DNA of 64,000 bases from positions 726,860 to 790,859 of the forward strand of contig NW_018404058.1 of NCBI RefSeq assembly GCF_002113885.1. The letters are read 5' to 3'. A model generated the notes under the pieces. That model was given only the letters and a program-made list of their open reading frames with translations, ran no database searches and was not told the DNA's origin. The position numbers and the translations under genes are program-made. The stretch is from Mizuhopecten yessoensis (taxonomy: Eukaryota). This document shows positions 46,128 through 60,346 of the stretch, piece after piece (the first letter of the stretch is position 1; the number at the start of each line of letters is the position of its first letter).

Positions 46128-48507
46128 CACTGTTATTTTTAAAAATGGTATTTTGCTGAAAATCTCCCCAAAATTGTTAAAAATCATGGACATAACTATT
46201 TTTTTATTATGTTATTAATCAAATCAAGAAATTGAACTTGAGCACAGAATATGAGAGTAAGCATGAAAGGGTTTCATAAATACAGCTCCTCGAATACCTT
46301 GAGACTAGGGCATGTTGCACATGGCTTCATTGTAGAGCGTGAAGCAGTAGATGGTGACTGAAATATGTATGTATCAGTATAATTTATTTTAACAAAGGCC
46401 AAATTATTTCTTGTCATAGGTCACAGAGGAAATATTATATAGTGATACAGTTTGACGAAAATGATTTTTAGGATGTTGTCATGATCAACGCCTTTTATTG
46501 TGTATGTCCTGCAGGAGATCTGACATCTAAGGGTGCCCCTTTAGCACAAATCTGATATGACTGAGGATTTTTTTAGTATTTAACTAACTATTAAACATTC
46601 CAGCCAGCTGTTTGTAAATTCAAACAATCTGTATGGTAAGCAGAACTTTAATAATCCGATGGTTCTAGTGTAGTAATCAAAACAATGTTTAATGTGGACA
46701 AAAGAAACACCAGTGATTGCCCACGTGAAACCTCCCTGCAAAAACATGATTCCATACACCATGCCCCAGTGTCAACATGCAATAGTATGAGGATAATTTG
46801 ACTACACTAGTTTAAGTTTGAAAAGTAAAGAAAATAAATATGAAGGCTAAAGTGAAGTTTTATAAGAGATTGTAATTGCAATTGAATTACTTCAAACATC
46901 ATATTGTGTAAACTAGAATTTAACTAAAACAGCTATATTTGTTTTGGCTCGGTGAACCTTATTTTTAAATGGGTTTTTTTTAAATCCAGGGCAGTGTAAA
47001 TGATTATAGATGTGTACACTATGTTGATAGCTTGCACATTAACATCAGTCATTATAACGACTCCAAGAATTTGAGAAATAATACCTAAGCAAAGTTACAT
47101 TAAAATCTGGGGCGGTAAAAACAGCTGTGGTCTGGACAATGAAGACACACAGTGATAAATCTGCTAGCGACCAGAAGAATCATCTATGTTTAACTTGATT
47201 ATGCAACAACAGGGAAGATATAGTAAACACAAACAAGGATGAAAATCACTGTTTACGTTTTAATTTATTTAATAAGGATGGATTTTCAAGCTTTGTTACC
47301 AACACCTAAAAACATTCTATAAGGAAACGTCTCAAAAAATTATTTTTTTACTATTATATCATACAGATAATATACATATGTGTACAAACATGATCACGGG
47401 CTGGGGAGGATATCACTACGACTTCGTTCAAAATATGAATATAAGCTTCTCCATGGGCGGATTCTATAATTAATCATTTGATGTAAAAAAAAAAATGCCT
47501 TCGTTTGGTTGACAATTATGTTTTAATTGCCAAATAAAGACTATTTGACTAGATATGGTGTTAAAATAGTAGTTTGTAACGTGCGAAAGAGAACCCATCA
47601 TGTCACTGAAAACGGTCGATGATCCAAAAGCGTTCTAACAAATGGCATGGGCAACCTCAATTTCAACCCCCCGATAAGTCATTTAAAGACCCCATTTAAA
47701 TATCGGTATTCACATATGTGGCATATATTTGGTATAAAGCGGCGTGCGTACCCGATGCACCATCTGGGTAGTGGCCTTTCAAAATATTCAAGAATCCCAC
47801 CGCTGTCACCAAATGTAACGCAAGAGAGGGAATCATCCAGACACTGACCAAATTCGGTGTTGTTTAATTATCGAGTCCCAGGGTTAAACCTATTGCTATA
47901 TATTACCAGTAAAACAACATTTCTCCTATTTCGAATTGACATGGATGACAATGAGCCGGATACATTGTGTTAATAATGAACGTGGCATTCCTATATGATT
48001 CTTGTCTGATTTAGGTGGTATAACAGGATAAGAGTGCCATACCAACTACCGATGTGTTCCGCTGTACAATCATTAATACCAATGTAAATGTAAAACACTT
48101 GTTATTGTAATTGGTTGTTGTTTTCCTGTAACGATAGACCGGGTAGGTCTCACATGTGAACGTTCATTTCGTTTAACCCTTAGTCTAAGTAACCCCTAAC
48201 AAACCCTGTGACACTCATGCTGCTTGGAGCAGACGGTTTTACTCATCAAGTACAGACATGGATATTACAACAGCGTCATAAATATCATCGTACCATACAC
48301 AAACCTATATTGCCTTAACTACTATGCACGTTAATTTAATACACTGATCAACATTGGGTCGATTCCAACGTCCAGAAGCATTTACTCCTAACCAACGAGA
48401 TTGTTTTATAACAGTCTACGTCATCTTAGGCTCTCGTAAATCTGTCAACAACATATTTATGTAACAGTAACAGGTACCTATTTTAATGCACTCTTGATGT
48501 TATCTAT

Positions 48508-49662
48508 TCAAAAGCTATCAGAAGAAGCGCTTTTCTCAGACATGTTGTCTCCCAAGATGTTTGTCACCAATTGGTCATCCTGTGATATGTTGGTTTCCAA
48601 TCCTGTTTCTTCCAATTTGTTGGCTTCCGGTCTGCGGTTATGTAGAGACTCTTTGTACGTTCGGAAATCTCGAAATATTGCTGAAGTTGTCTTTCGCCTT
48701 TCAATGAGTTGCGGGAGACGCGCTTTTTCAATCATTTTGTCCATTTTCGCTTTATCCTTCTTCGGAGATGAAAGAACAAACATCTTGTTTGAAACCTCGC
48801 GTTCCATGAACTTCTTCATTCCAAACACCGTTTTACATTCCCCCGGCAACAAAGATGGTGGTCGTGTCAATGGTGCCCGGATGTCGGATGATGGAGGGGC
48901 TTCGCCTGTAGTCATTCTCCGCACAAATCGTGGACGTTCAGAGACAACCCGTTCCGGTTTTTTGTGAATTTGTTGCTTCCACATTACCAGTGCTTGCAGC
49001 TTTATTGCAAGGATAGAAGACAACGCCGATGTTATCTTTTGCTCTTCTTTTTCCTCCTCATTCGTTCGTGTTTCCTCAGGAATAGGTTTCATTTCACTTT
49101 CCTGACATTCTGCGTCAGGGTTTCCGTCATCCAGGGCTGTGAAAGTGTCACTGATATCGCTCTCTGCAATGGACGAAAATCTGGTCCGTGTGTAAGCAGT
49201 GTCAGTTCGTCTGCTGTCCGACAAGTCGGATTTACTCCTCCTCACGGGGTTCCTCTTCAGTATCCTCACATAGCCGGGCGCGTCGTCAATGTCCGGTAGC
49301 TGTGTTGAACACAATGAAGTTTGTCTAGAAAAAATGTTTAGGCTGTTATTCGCAACATCATTTTTCTCTGACATCTGTCGTCTGTTTAATTGCGGGTCAT
49401 ACTTTCCAAAGCCATGCTCCTTACACACGCGGCCATATGCTATCATCTTCGTGTATTCATCTCGCAGCATTTCAAGCTCGCGTGTTGTATGTAACCTTGC
49501 AGCCTTCTCATTAGAAATCAATTGTTTAAGTTCTTTCAGTAGTTTCCATCTCTCATGTTCATTTTTCATCTTAGTCTGTAGCATAGCTTCATTGCTCATC
49601 CGCACAATGGAACAGTTAGCTGTTTCACCAAACAGGTGATCCGCCAAGAGTCTTCGAGGCAT
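48508..49662 (-). CDS. Uncharacterised protein (~384 aa, single coding exon), N-terminal predicted coiled coil, charged/disordered remainder
   Basis: Non-repetitive 1.15-kb ORF in AT-rich DNA; acceptor tactttcag 12 nt before ATG (MPRRLLADHLFG); no family recognised. Confidence 0.8.
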   Translation of the reverse strand: MPRRLLADHLFGETANCSIVRMSNEAMLQTKMKNEHERWKLLKELKQLISNEKAARLHTTRELEMLRDEYTKMIAYGRVCKEHGFGKYDPQLNRRQMSEKNDVANNSLNIFSRQTSLCSTQLPDIDDAPGYVRILKRNPVRRSKSDLSDSRRTDTAYTRTRFSSIAESDISDTFTALDDGNPDAECQESEMKPIPEETRTNEEEKEEQKITSALSSILAIKLQALVMWKQQIHKKPERVVSERPRFVRRMTTGEAPPSSDIRAPLTRPPSLLPGECKTVFGMKKFMEREVSNKMFVLSSPKKDKAKMDKMIEKARLPQLIERRKTTSAIFRDFRTYKESLHNRRPEANKLEETGLETNISQDDQLVTNILGDNMSEKSASSDSF

Positions 49663-51942
49663 GGTTATCAATGACTGAAAGTATAACAATAACTTAAAAG
49701 AAAAATATTCTCAATATAAACATATCGCATACCGTTGTATTCATCTGCAGTGTATGCATGTAATGTAATGTCTACACGCATAGTTATATCAACCCAAAAA
49801 ACATAGTGACAGTCTCTCTAACACATTAACTTATTCATATCAACATTTAAAAAAAGCATAAACGAACTTTCAGACTCTCATACAACATCTAACTATTTAT
49901 AAAAATGTTACAAATATATTTACCAGCCTAAAGAAAATCTTTTGAAATAGGCAACTTCTACCAGAACCTTTCTGTTGAAAACATCAACGCCAACATCCAC
50001 AATATAATGTAATTTTAAATAACTGAACTAACGTAGGTAACCTATATTTTATTCTAACTGTTTTCATTGCAGTAAATGTCAGGGTGACCACAATATAGTA
50101 TCAAGAGCTTTTATCACTGATTCAATGCATAACGTGATAGGTATGGTATTGGCGTTTTAATTAAGGAATTCATGTAACACTTTTTAGTGTATCTTTGTGT
50201 GGTTACTGTCATGGTCGTAGATATACTGTCATATCTTTTTTATTTTAAAACATATTTTCAACCGAATTGTCAACAACTTTACATTTATTGTGTTTTTATC
50301 GTCTGATAGCGGTCTGAAATCCTGGGACATGTATGTCTTCATTTTAAATGAAAATACACGTTATACAAACTTTACATTAATATCATATTACTCTTAACGA
50401 GCTTAAAAGCTTAACACAGTACATGGTATGGAGCCTTTCAATGCTTATACGATACCAATGTATCATCAATCAGCTGATAGAAAAGTATTGCTAAGAATCT
50501 ATAGAACAGGGTCTGGACTTGAATGTGTGGCTTTCAAAACTACACCAGCTAAACCGTCGTTTTATAAGCATCGCGAGAAACGAAATCAAATAATTCAAAA
50601 CAAACTTAATCATTTGTTGTCAATCCAAATTATGTCCAAATGAATATCGACACAATTTAGTCATTTGCAATAATTTATAGTCATCTATGGCTTTTGATTG
50701 ACCTATGGTTGACCTTTCGCTTCGTGACAGTTATATGATCCATATTCATCGTTTAACTCATGCTATCTATCTTACCCTTGAAAAAATATAATCAAAAGAT
50801 GTACCGAAAGAAATTATCTATTATGATTGCAACAGAGAATTTCTATTAGAAAATCTTTCTACCATTACATCATACTGCCTGAAAATGTCACATTTTAATT
50901 ATGCTTGTTTCCAGGACATGCCAGTAATTGAAAGGGCAGATCGCGCCGCCATTGTGGAATCATCGCTTCTACTTATTGATTTTAAACTTTATTTTACATA
51001 TTTTAAACCACTAATAGCAAAGATTGTAATATCACAGCGGCAAAGTAATTGGAATAAATGCGTACATAACAAATGACACACTACTACACCTGTAATTGGT
51101 GACTGGTGTCCTAGCTGAAAGGTTTCGGGACGAGGTTGTCCTTACCTATCTCCGACTCTATCATGCAAACATTACACAATCTTGCGAGTATTTATTAAAC
51201 GCGAAGGCCAGACTCAATGCATAGCATGTCACGAACCATTTACACACTTGTTATTAGATAGTATTGACCTTCAACAATAATTTCCACAACCAAATAACAA
51301 GTTTTAAATATCTTTTCGAAACAGTAAATATCTCCTCTGAACTTCAGGACTGGTGCCTGTTAAAACGATATAAGTTGGGACGTAAATATTTTAGTAGTAA
51401 TGATTGTCCCAGCGCATATCTGTTGCCATAATACTTTTTCACAATTTTGCGTAAAAAGACATATCTCTAGGTTAAATTCATCACGAAATGGAATATTATC
51501 AAATATGTTGTACAGTAGATACACAAACGTCCAATCATTCACTTTACCTAAGCTGCTATCCGGGTTTTAGTAATGCATTGGATGCGCTTGAGTAGAGACA
51601 CTCTACTAAGAGTACTCTCCATTTCGGAAGAAGATTTAAAATAGACATATGACTACCTTGATAAGCTTCCAACTCTTAAGCCACAACAAAATCCCTTCAT
51701 TTTTTGACAAAATACAGACTGCCTCCTTATAATACACCTATTATTAATCATCAGAAAACCACAGTGTGACAACGAACAAGGATTGGATTTGTCTTTTGTT
51801 CTGGAGGGAAACTGAGTGAGATGGTAGGGGTGTATGGTGTATGGGGTCGGCGACGGGGGACGGGGGCCTGGTGTGAGGAATCATATAGGGTGAGAAAACC
51901 ATGCCACAAGTTCAAATCAGTTTCAGACATTTTCTCACCAAG

Positions 51943-52794
51943 ATGAGAAATCGTGTCAGCTATGTTATTACGTTTTCCCATTAAACTGTGTCGGGTGAGA
52001 AATCGTGTCAGCTATGTTATCACGTTTTCCCATTAAACTGTGCCAGGTGAGAAATCGTGTCAGCTATGTTATTACGTTTTCCCATTAAACTTTGTCGGGT
52101 GAGAAATCGTGTCAGCTATGTTATCACGTTTTCCCATTAAACTGGGTCAGGTGAGAAATCGTGTCAGCTATGTTATCACGTTTTCCCCTTAAACTGTGCC
52201 AGGTGAGAAATCGTGTCAGCTATGTTATTACGTTTTCCCCATTAAACTGTGTCAGGTGAGAAATCGTGTCAGCCATGTTATTACGTTTTCCCCATTAAAC
52301 TGTGTCAGGTGAGAAATCGTGTCAGCCATGTTATTACGTTTTCCCCATTAAACTGTGTCAGGTGAGAAATCGTGTCAGCTATGTTATTACGTTTTCCCCA
52401 TTAAACTGTGTCAGGTGAGAAATCGTGTCAGCCATGTTATTACGTTTTCCCCATTAAACTGTGTCAGGTGAGAAATCGTGTCAGCTATGGTATAACGTTT
52501 TCCCATTAAACTGTGTCAGGTGAGAAATCGTGTCAGCCATGTTATCACGTTTTCCCATTAAACTGTGCCATGTGAGAAATCGTGTCAGCTATGTTATTAC
52601 GTTTTCCCATTAAACTTTGTCAGGGGAGAAATCGTGTCAGCTATGTTATCACGTTTTCCCCATTAAACTGTGTCAGCTGAGAAATCGTGTCAGCTATGTT
52701 ATCACGTTTTCCCATTAAACTGTGTCATGTGAGAAATCGTGTCAGCTATGTTATCACGTTTTCCCCATTAAACTGTGTCAGGTGAGAAATCGTC
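51943..52794. repeat. Minisatellite, 52-53-bp unit (~16 copies)
   Basis: gtgagaaatcgtgtcagctatgttattacgttttcccattaaactgtgtcag. Confidence 0.93.
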
Positions 52795-53143
52795 TTGTAA
52801 CATAACCAAATCTACAATTGACTTGTACGTAGATTTTCAATCTGTTTTTTTGTTCCAGTATATATAAATAAAAGGAAACTAGTGTTCAATAAACATACTT
52901 TCGCAACGACTCTAATAAAGAATCACAAACTACGCCTGACTTGGTATCCTAACCAGCGTAACATTGGTTAGTGTTGTAATTGTATGTTTTAACGCCTCAA
53001 CCTACTTCATAAGTTTATATCGCAGTCCCAAAATCAACCACTTTTTATTGTTGCAATTACATTCTGGTGTCCCAACCTAATGTTTGTATAGAAAACAAAA
53101 AATTCCAGGAGTCAATCTTAGGACATAACCAATGCAAATCGTT

Positions 53144-53730
53144 TAGTTTACCTACCCATGGTATAGTAATTAGTTTACCTACCCAGGGTATAGTAATTAG
53201 TTTACCTACCCACAGGGTATATTAATTAGTTTACTTACCCACAGGGTATAGTAATTAGTTTACTTACCCAGGGTATATTAATTAGTTTACTTACCCAGGG
53301 TATATTAATTAGTTTACCTACCCAGGGTATATTAATTAGTTTACCTACCCAGTGTATATTAATTAGTTTACCTACCCAGGGTAGATTAATTAGTTTACCT
53401 ACCCAGGGTATATTAATTAGTTTACTTACCCAGGGTATATTAATTAGTTTACTTACCCAAGGTATATTAATTAGTTTACCTACCCAGGGTATAGTAATTA
53501 GTTCACCTACCCACAGGGTATATTAATTAGTTTACCTACCCACAGGGTATAGTAATTAGTTTACCTACCCAGGGTATATTAATTTATATTTTATGGACAC
53601 AAGCTTAATTAGTTAAGTTTACCTACCCAGGGTATATTAATTAGTTTACCTACCCACAGGGTATAGTAATTAGTTTACCTACCCAGGGTATATTAATTTA
53701 TATTTTATGGACACAAGCTTAATTAGTTAA
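53144..53730. repeat. Minisatellite, 27-29-bp unit
   Basis: tagtttacctacccagggtatattaat; terminal block duplicated with flank. Confidence 0.9.
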
Positions 53731-56012
53731 GGTTAGACGTTCCGTACTGGAGACAAATAAATGTACTTTGACTGGTCCAACAATGGTAACACAACATAGG
53801 TACTCACACTTTTTTTTCGCTTTAACTATAACTAAAAAAAAAAAGATTTTACTGCACATTCTTATACAGATAAAAAGATAAATAGAACAAGTTCAATACG
53901 TACATCAATGAAATGCGTACACGAACAATGGGCATTCCTTCCTCTTCTGGTGACGTTTGAAGTTCGCGGATATGTTTGTCACGTCAGATGGAATAAATCA
54001 TGACATGTTGTTCCTTCTGGAATGGCACTGGTATAGCTGTAATTTGTTTACGTCTACGATTACTGATGATTCGACAGAAGTTACCGGACAAAGTAGTCTC
54101 TTCACATGCAAATTCGTTTCAAATCCAATTTGAAGTCAACGAAATAAATACTTTCCCAAGTCGATGAAAAATAATGCCGAAAGAATTCCTCTCCTGCTCC
54201 TCCCGAAACTTATCAATAATCGACCGAAGATATTTCGTTTATATTCTAACAGAAATCAGTCGTTCTGTCGGTGTAGCTTCACTTCTTGTGGTATCCTGAT
54301 CCACTGCAGTACGCCTTTACATTGAACCAGTTTCTGTAGTGCTGCTGTTGTACTCGGTAAAACCCAGTCAGAAAGGGTCCGCTCAGTCGATGACAGGTAA
54401 CTCAAATCACAGTTCTGCTTGTGCATCCTTCTGTGCGCGTTGACATTATGTAAAATGTAGTTACTTTGAGTAGAAAGTGTCACTGCTCCCGGTCTGACGT
54501 CCAATTTCTAAGTTCCCGAAAGGGGACACCCACTTTAAAGCGATCTTTAATCTAAATTAAAAAAACTCGAGATTCGACAAGAGTACGCCTCTTGATTTTT
54601 AAAGGTTGAACCATTATATACCGATAATCAATTAATTGTGTTCAGTGAACTGGCGTTCTTTAAAAAATATGTCCTGTCCCTACCAGGCCCGATGTTGACA
54701 ACTTAAGTAAAATGTGACCTTCCACTATTTTTATTTAGACTAAAGGTATGTAGCCGCAAAACAGGTATTAAATACTTTACAGAAACAAACTGTCGTACCT
54801 CGGGGACAGTGTGTATTACTGTATGACAAGGCTTACTTATTCTATACAACTTACTATCGAATGTCTTAACAGTCAGGTCAACTGATATAGCATTGCGATA
54901 CAAAGCGACAAAATAGGAAAAGGTCACGTATAAAACTTGTTGTACCAATCTAGCTCCCTGCCTTTATAGGTGGCATGGATCATTAAGTGGAAGTGTAAAT
55001 GTTTCTTTTACACAATGCGTTCATTTATGGGTTTTCTGTGTCTATTGTAGTACACAATACACAATGGAATCATATAAGAAATATTTACCACATGATCGAG
55101 TTCTGACGGTGATTACCCGTCGGCTATGCATGATTACAAGGGGTAAGTTTTATTCTGTAAGTCAACATCCAGTACGGTACCACCTATATTTTCTTTACCG
55201 ATCACGATATCTTTTAAGACTGTTTTAATAGTTACATTTTCAAATTCATAATGCTATGTGAAAAGTCTGTCTGTATGTCTCAAACTAAAACCTGATACAA
55301 CTTACAGAGGCTTCAAATCCGTGATGTCCTTTATTATATAAGCACTCAACAAAATTTAATTTTAACAAGACGAGGAACTAAAAATGTGGCTTACAAAAGG
55401 TCACCGTCTAACACTTGTGCCAAAAGGGTTGATTTTATCCCAATCCGAGTAGATGGTAGAATTTAAATCGGGACTCAAGATTTACTTATTTACAAACTTA
55501 AGTTATTGTTAATTAAATACGTGTCGTTGATAAAATTGCTATGATTTCGTTTCATCTTAATTGTTTTATAGTAGCAAAGTGGTATTAAAAATCGTAACAC
55601 ATATCACATGAGATACGTATAACAGTTATTTGATATCAAAACGATCGTGGCTATTAGATCTCAGTATCACACAACACATTTGTTAATATCGAATATATAT
55701 AATGTACAAATAAATTACATATGAATTTATCAGTATACTGTGTTTGACCTAAATCATATACGATGCGTTTTGATATATATTCTGTATCAAGTAAAGTATG
55801 TACAAACACTATTATATCATAGCTTTAATCATGAAGAAGATTGGAAAATAATATACTGCATCTCTTATACGCAGAGACAAAGTCGGAAAAGGTACGCAGA
55901 CAATAAGAACGGAGGTGACGACGAAACATTTGGAAAGACATCATTACACAAAACGTTAGACAAAATAACAGTATGACCTTTTTAGTAAAATGCGATATCA
56001 GTTGACACATAT

Positions 56013-56134
56013 CTTCAGTAAGATCTTAATAATAAGATTTGAGTTACAGCTTGACAAAGGGGCCAGTTGGTCTTGAAACGTTGCGACACGTTTAATTCGT
56101 ATATTGTTTGTGTAAAAAGTAAAATTTTGATTTT
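56013..56134 (+). mobile_element. Short insertion flanked by a 15-bp direct repeat; Penelope-like terminal fragment
   Basis: tcagttgacacatat at 55998-56012 and 56135-56149; internal cttgacaaagg...tgaaacgttg motif. Confidence 0.5.
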
Positions 56135-58011
56135 TCAGTTGACACATATATCAAAGTGAAAACTTATATGAGCATGTAACATAACTGGAAATATAAAAAT
56201 AATGTTTTTATTTAGAAAACTATCAAGTTCGTGACAAACTTTTAAAACTATATATCATTATTAGTTCATCGTCATTTCATTTGGATATATAACATAAATG
56301 TGCTTGAAAATAGTGTCCTTTTCTGAAGGAGTCATTTCGCTTTACCTGTATTAACGGTAATCTGGAAATTATGACATGAACATATTTTAAAATATTTCCT
56401 TTTTTAATGTACGAATCATTCGCGTTTCATGTGTTAACAGTTATCTAGTGTTATTGTCGTTACATATTTACATTTCTACTTATGTTTGACTCATTATAGC
56501 TTCCAAAGAACCCGAAGTATATTTTTTCCATAAACTTTCTAATTGGCAAATGAGTACGTCTGTGAGTCATAGCGAAAAGTAGAAACATTTATGGATTATT
56601 TTCGTTTTGCTTTCTGCTAAAAAGGAAATCCGACTAAAATAAACATGTCTTTATGTGTTATATTGAATAAACGTTGTTCTCAATACAAAATGCCTTTTTC
56701 TCTTTTATCAAGACGACGTCTTACAATGAATAATGACGTCACTTGCACTTGAACAAGTCCGATATTTTTGAAATTATCAAAACCGCACTGAATGTTAATA
56801 TAAGTGTTGAATCCTATTCGGGTGTGGTTAAAAAACCATGATATTAACAGATTTGCAATTAATTACATTTGTTCCAATACCCTAGGAGGTTTATGTCCCA
56901 TAAACTTCGACGGATCAGGATTCAATACGTCATTGTGTATCTCAACATCAAAACAGTCATCTTAAAAAAACACTAAATGGAAAATCGAGACCCTTTAAGA
57001 GTTTTATTAGAATAGTTTGATATATGATACTATTATATGTTTTGTAAAGATATGTTCCTGTGGGTGTTTAAGCATCATGGTACGCATTTTTTCTTTGGCT
57101 ATTTTTTAAGTATTGTTTGTTTGTTTTAATGCATTAAAACAGATATACAGCACACGAAGTACGGTATGATAGTATGAATTAATACCATTGCCAAAAAAGT
57201 CTGCAATGGTTACAAAATAAATCATTTTTTTCTCTCTTAAGACTGACTGTATCATTCCCTTTACTCGCTAAATGCCTTAATATCTAACAACGACAACTTA
57301 CCACTAGCACAGTGTATCCTCCTAATTGTGGTGATCATCGTCCAGTTCTGACAGTGACGTAAACTCTGTCAATGTCGACCAAAAAGCAATATAAGAGACG
57401 ATTTGTTCAGAACTACTGATTGTACAGATAACATCTTTAATATTTAAATACAAGGTGATATCGAATGTATAAATAGTTTTCTTACTTACTTAGCTTGTTC
57501 AGAACTGCATCAAATAAAACAGAACCTGTTAGACTTAAACATCTTAACGACTAGCGATATAAGACTGAAAATAAGACAAAATAATCGTTTGCAGTATAGG
57601 GTGAGCATTACAGTAACCCTAGCCTCGTAGACGTCAGGGAAATGATGGCATATTGCGGAACTGTCTATCCTCCGAGTGTCTACGGCGAATCTGACTCATT
57701 ATTGTACATTGATACTTGCAGCTCAAAGTATTGCTGATTGTTTACTCATGATTCCCATCCCCACAATAATGTTCTAACAATCAACAGAACTTAACTTCGG
57801 AACAATGGACAATAGATGACATTGATCAGCTTTACCTAGTATACTGACTAAAATGAAGGCCCTGACCCATCCGTCCGAAATGCAGGACAATGTTCAATAA
57901 GATTGATGAGTTTCGGAAAACTTTGATGTTGCAGGAAAATGTTATAACATTGCGAACCCTCTCTGCCTTAAATATGTGATAATCCATTTACGCTGGTTAA
58001 CTTCCAGATAC

Positions 58012-58128
58012 ATCGTTTATTAGCATGGTACACCCGTGTAATCGTTTATTATCATGGTACACCCGTGTAATCGTTTATTATCATGGTACACCCGTGTAAT
58101 CGTTTATTATCATGGTACACCCGTGTAT
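58012..58128. repeat. 29-bp tandem repeat (4 copies)
   Basis: atcgtttattatcatggtacacccgtgta. Confidence 0.9.
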
Positions 58129-58727
58129 AATACTGGAAGAACAGGCTCATGCAACTATTGACCCATATCTCCGATATTTAGTTAAAACATAATAGTTAAA
58201 TCTTCGTTTAATTATCTCTCAAGCAATGATATTTAATCAGTTAGGTTCGTTTCCTAGGGTTTCAACAGATTATCAACTGTAAGTTATATACGATACATTC
58301 GAAAATTGTCAAGACAAAGGTAAAAAAGTGTTTTCTGTGATGTCAGTTCGAATTATCGTTTTGTAGACGTTAAGTTATTTCTTAATTTAAAATATAAAAT
58401 AAATTCCTATATTTCTTATATCATAGTAGTTATATTTCATAAATAACAAAGACATTTATTACAAAAATCTCGAAATTTTGAAGAAAAGTTGATTCAGTCT
58501 CAAAATAATTCTTTGACATGATCGATTTATCAGCGACACAAATGTCCGACCTATCTTATTCAAATTAACATAAATGCGTCTAAAAAGTGGTAAAACGTGT
58601 CTATAAAGTCTGAAGTAATTTTCTTCCAATTATTTTGAAAACTTCAATAAAGAAATGTATTCCTTTGAACCGAATATTTTGTATGACTGTTGCATTTCTG
58701 TAAACATTTGAACTTAAACTCAAACTA

Positions 58728-60346
58728 GAGAGGCCTCTGTGTGATGGAAGTAGCATGATCTCAGTGCGACAGAAGGGTGGACGGTACACTGACATACCCA
58801 GCCCTATATGAGGCGCGTCTATGTGATGGAAGTAGCATGATCTCACTGCGACAGAAGGGTGGACGGTACACTGACCTACCCAGCCCTATATGAAGGGCCT
58901 CTGTATGATGAAAGTAGCAGGATCTCACTGCCATATTTACAGAAGGGTGGACGGTACACTGCCATACCGAGCCCTATATGAGGGGCCTCTGTGTGATTGA
59001 AGTAGCATGATCTCACTGCGACAGAAGGGTGGACGGCACACTGACCTACCCAGCCCTATATGAGGGGCCTCTGTGTGATGGAAGTAGCATGATCTCACTG
59101 CGACAGAAGGGTGGACGGTAAACTGACCTACCCAGCCCTATATGAGGGGCCTCTGTGTGATGGAAGTAGTATGATCTAACTGCGACATTTACAGAAGGGT
59201 GGACGGTACACTGACATACCTAGCCCTATACGAGGCGCCCCTGTATGATGGAAGTAGCATGATCTTACTGCGACAGAAGGGTGGACGGTACACTGACATA
59301 CCGAGCCCTATATGAGGGGCCTCTGTGTGATGGAAGTAGCATGATCTCAGTGCGACAGAAGGGTGGACGGTACACTGACCTACCTAGCCCTATATGAGGG
59401 GCGTCTGTGTGATGGAAGTAGCATGATCTCACTGCGACAGAAGGGTGGACGGCACACTGACCTACCCAGCCCTATATGAGGGGCGTCTGTGTGATGGAAG
59501 TAGCATGATCTCACTGCGACAGAAGAGTGGACGGTACACTGACCTACCCAGCCCTATATGAGGGGCGTCTGTATGATGGAAGTAGCATGATCTCACTGCG
59601 ATATTTACAGAAGGGTGGACGGCACACTGACATACCCAGCCCTATATGAGGGGCGTCTGTGTGATTGAAGTAGCATGATCTCACTGCGACAGAAGAGTGG
59701 ACGGTACACTGACCTACCCAGCCCTATATGAGGGGCCTCTGTATGATGAAAGTAGCATGATCCCTCTGTGACTTTTACAGAAGGGTGGACGGTACACTGA
59801 CATACCCAGCCCTATATGAAGGGCCTCTGTATGATGAAAGTAGCAGGATCTCACTGCGATAGTTACAGAAGGGTGGACGGTACACTGACATACCTAGCCC
59901 TATATGAGGGGCCTCTGTGTGATGGAAGTAGCATGATCTCACTGCGACATTTACAGAAGGGTGGACGGTACACTGACCTACCCAGCCCTATATGAAGGGC
60001 CTCTGTGTGATGGAAGTAGCATGATCTCACTGCGACAGAAGGGTGGACGGTACACTGACCTACCCAGCCCTATATGAGGGGCGTCTGTGTGATGGAAGTA
60101 GCATTATCTCACTGCGACAGACGGGTGGACGGTACATTGACCTACCCAACCCTATATGAGGGGCGTCTGTGTGATGGAAGTAGCATGATCTCACTGCGAC
60201 ATTTACAGAAGGGTGGACGGTACACTGACCTACCCAGCCCTATATGAAGGGCCTCTGTGTTATGAAAGTAGCATGATCTCACTGCGACATTTACAGAAGG
60301 GTGGACGGTACACTGACATACCCAGCCCTATATGAGGGGCGTCTGT
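58728..60346. repeat. Minisatellite, 82-bp unit (longer variant with a short atttac insert), ~19 copies
   Basis: gaggggcctctgtgtgatggaagtagcatgatctcactgcgacagaagggtggacggtacactgacctacccagccctatat. Confidence 0.94.

Noticed and set aside
48494-49639. Plus-strand ORFs of 111-157 aa
   Set aside because: Antisense shadows of the 384-aa minus-strand CDS.
53930-54510. Higher-complexity segment with an 82-aa minus-strand ORF
   Set aside because: The minus-strand frames I translated are interrupted by stops, with no recognisable motif or clear splice pair; it may be UTR or promoter sequence but cannot be supported.
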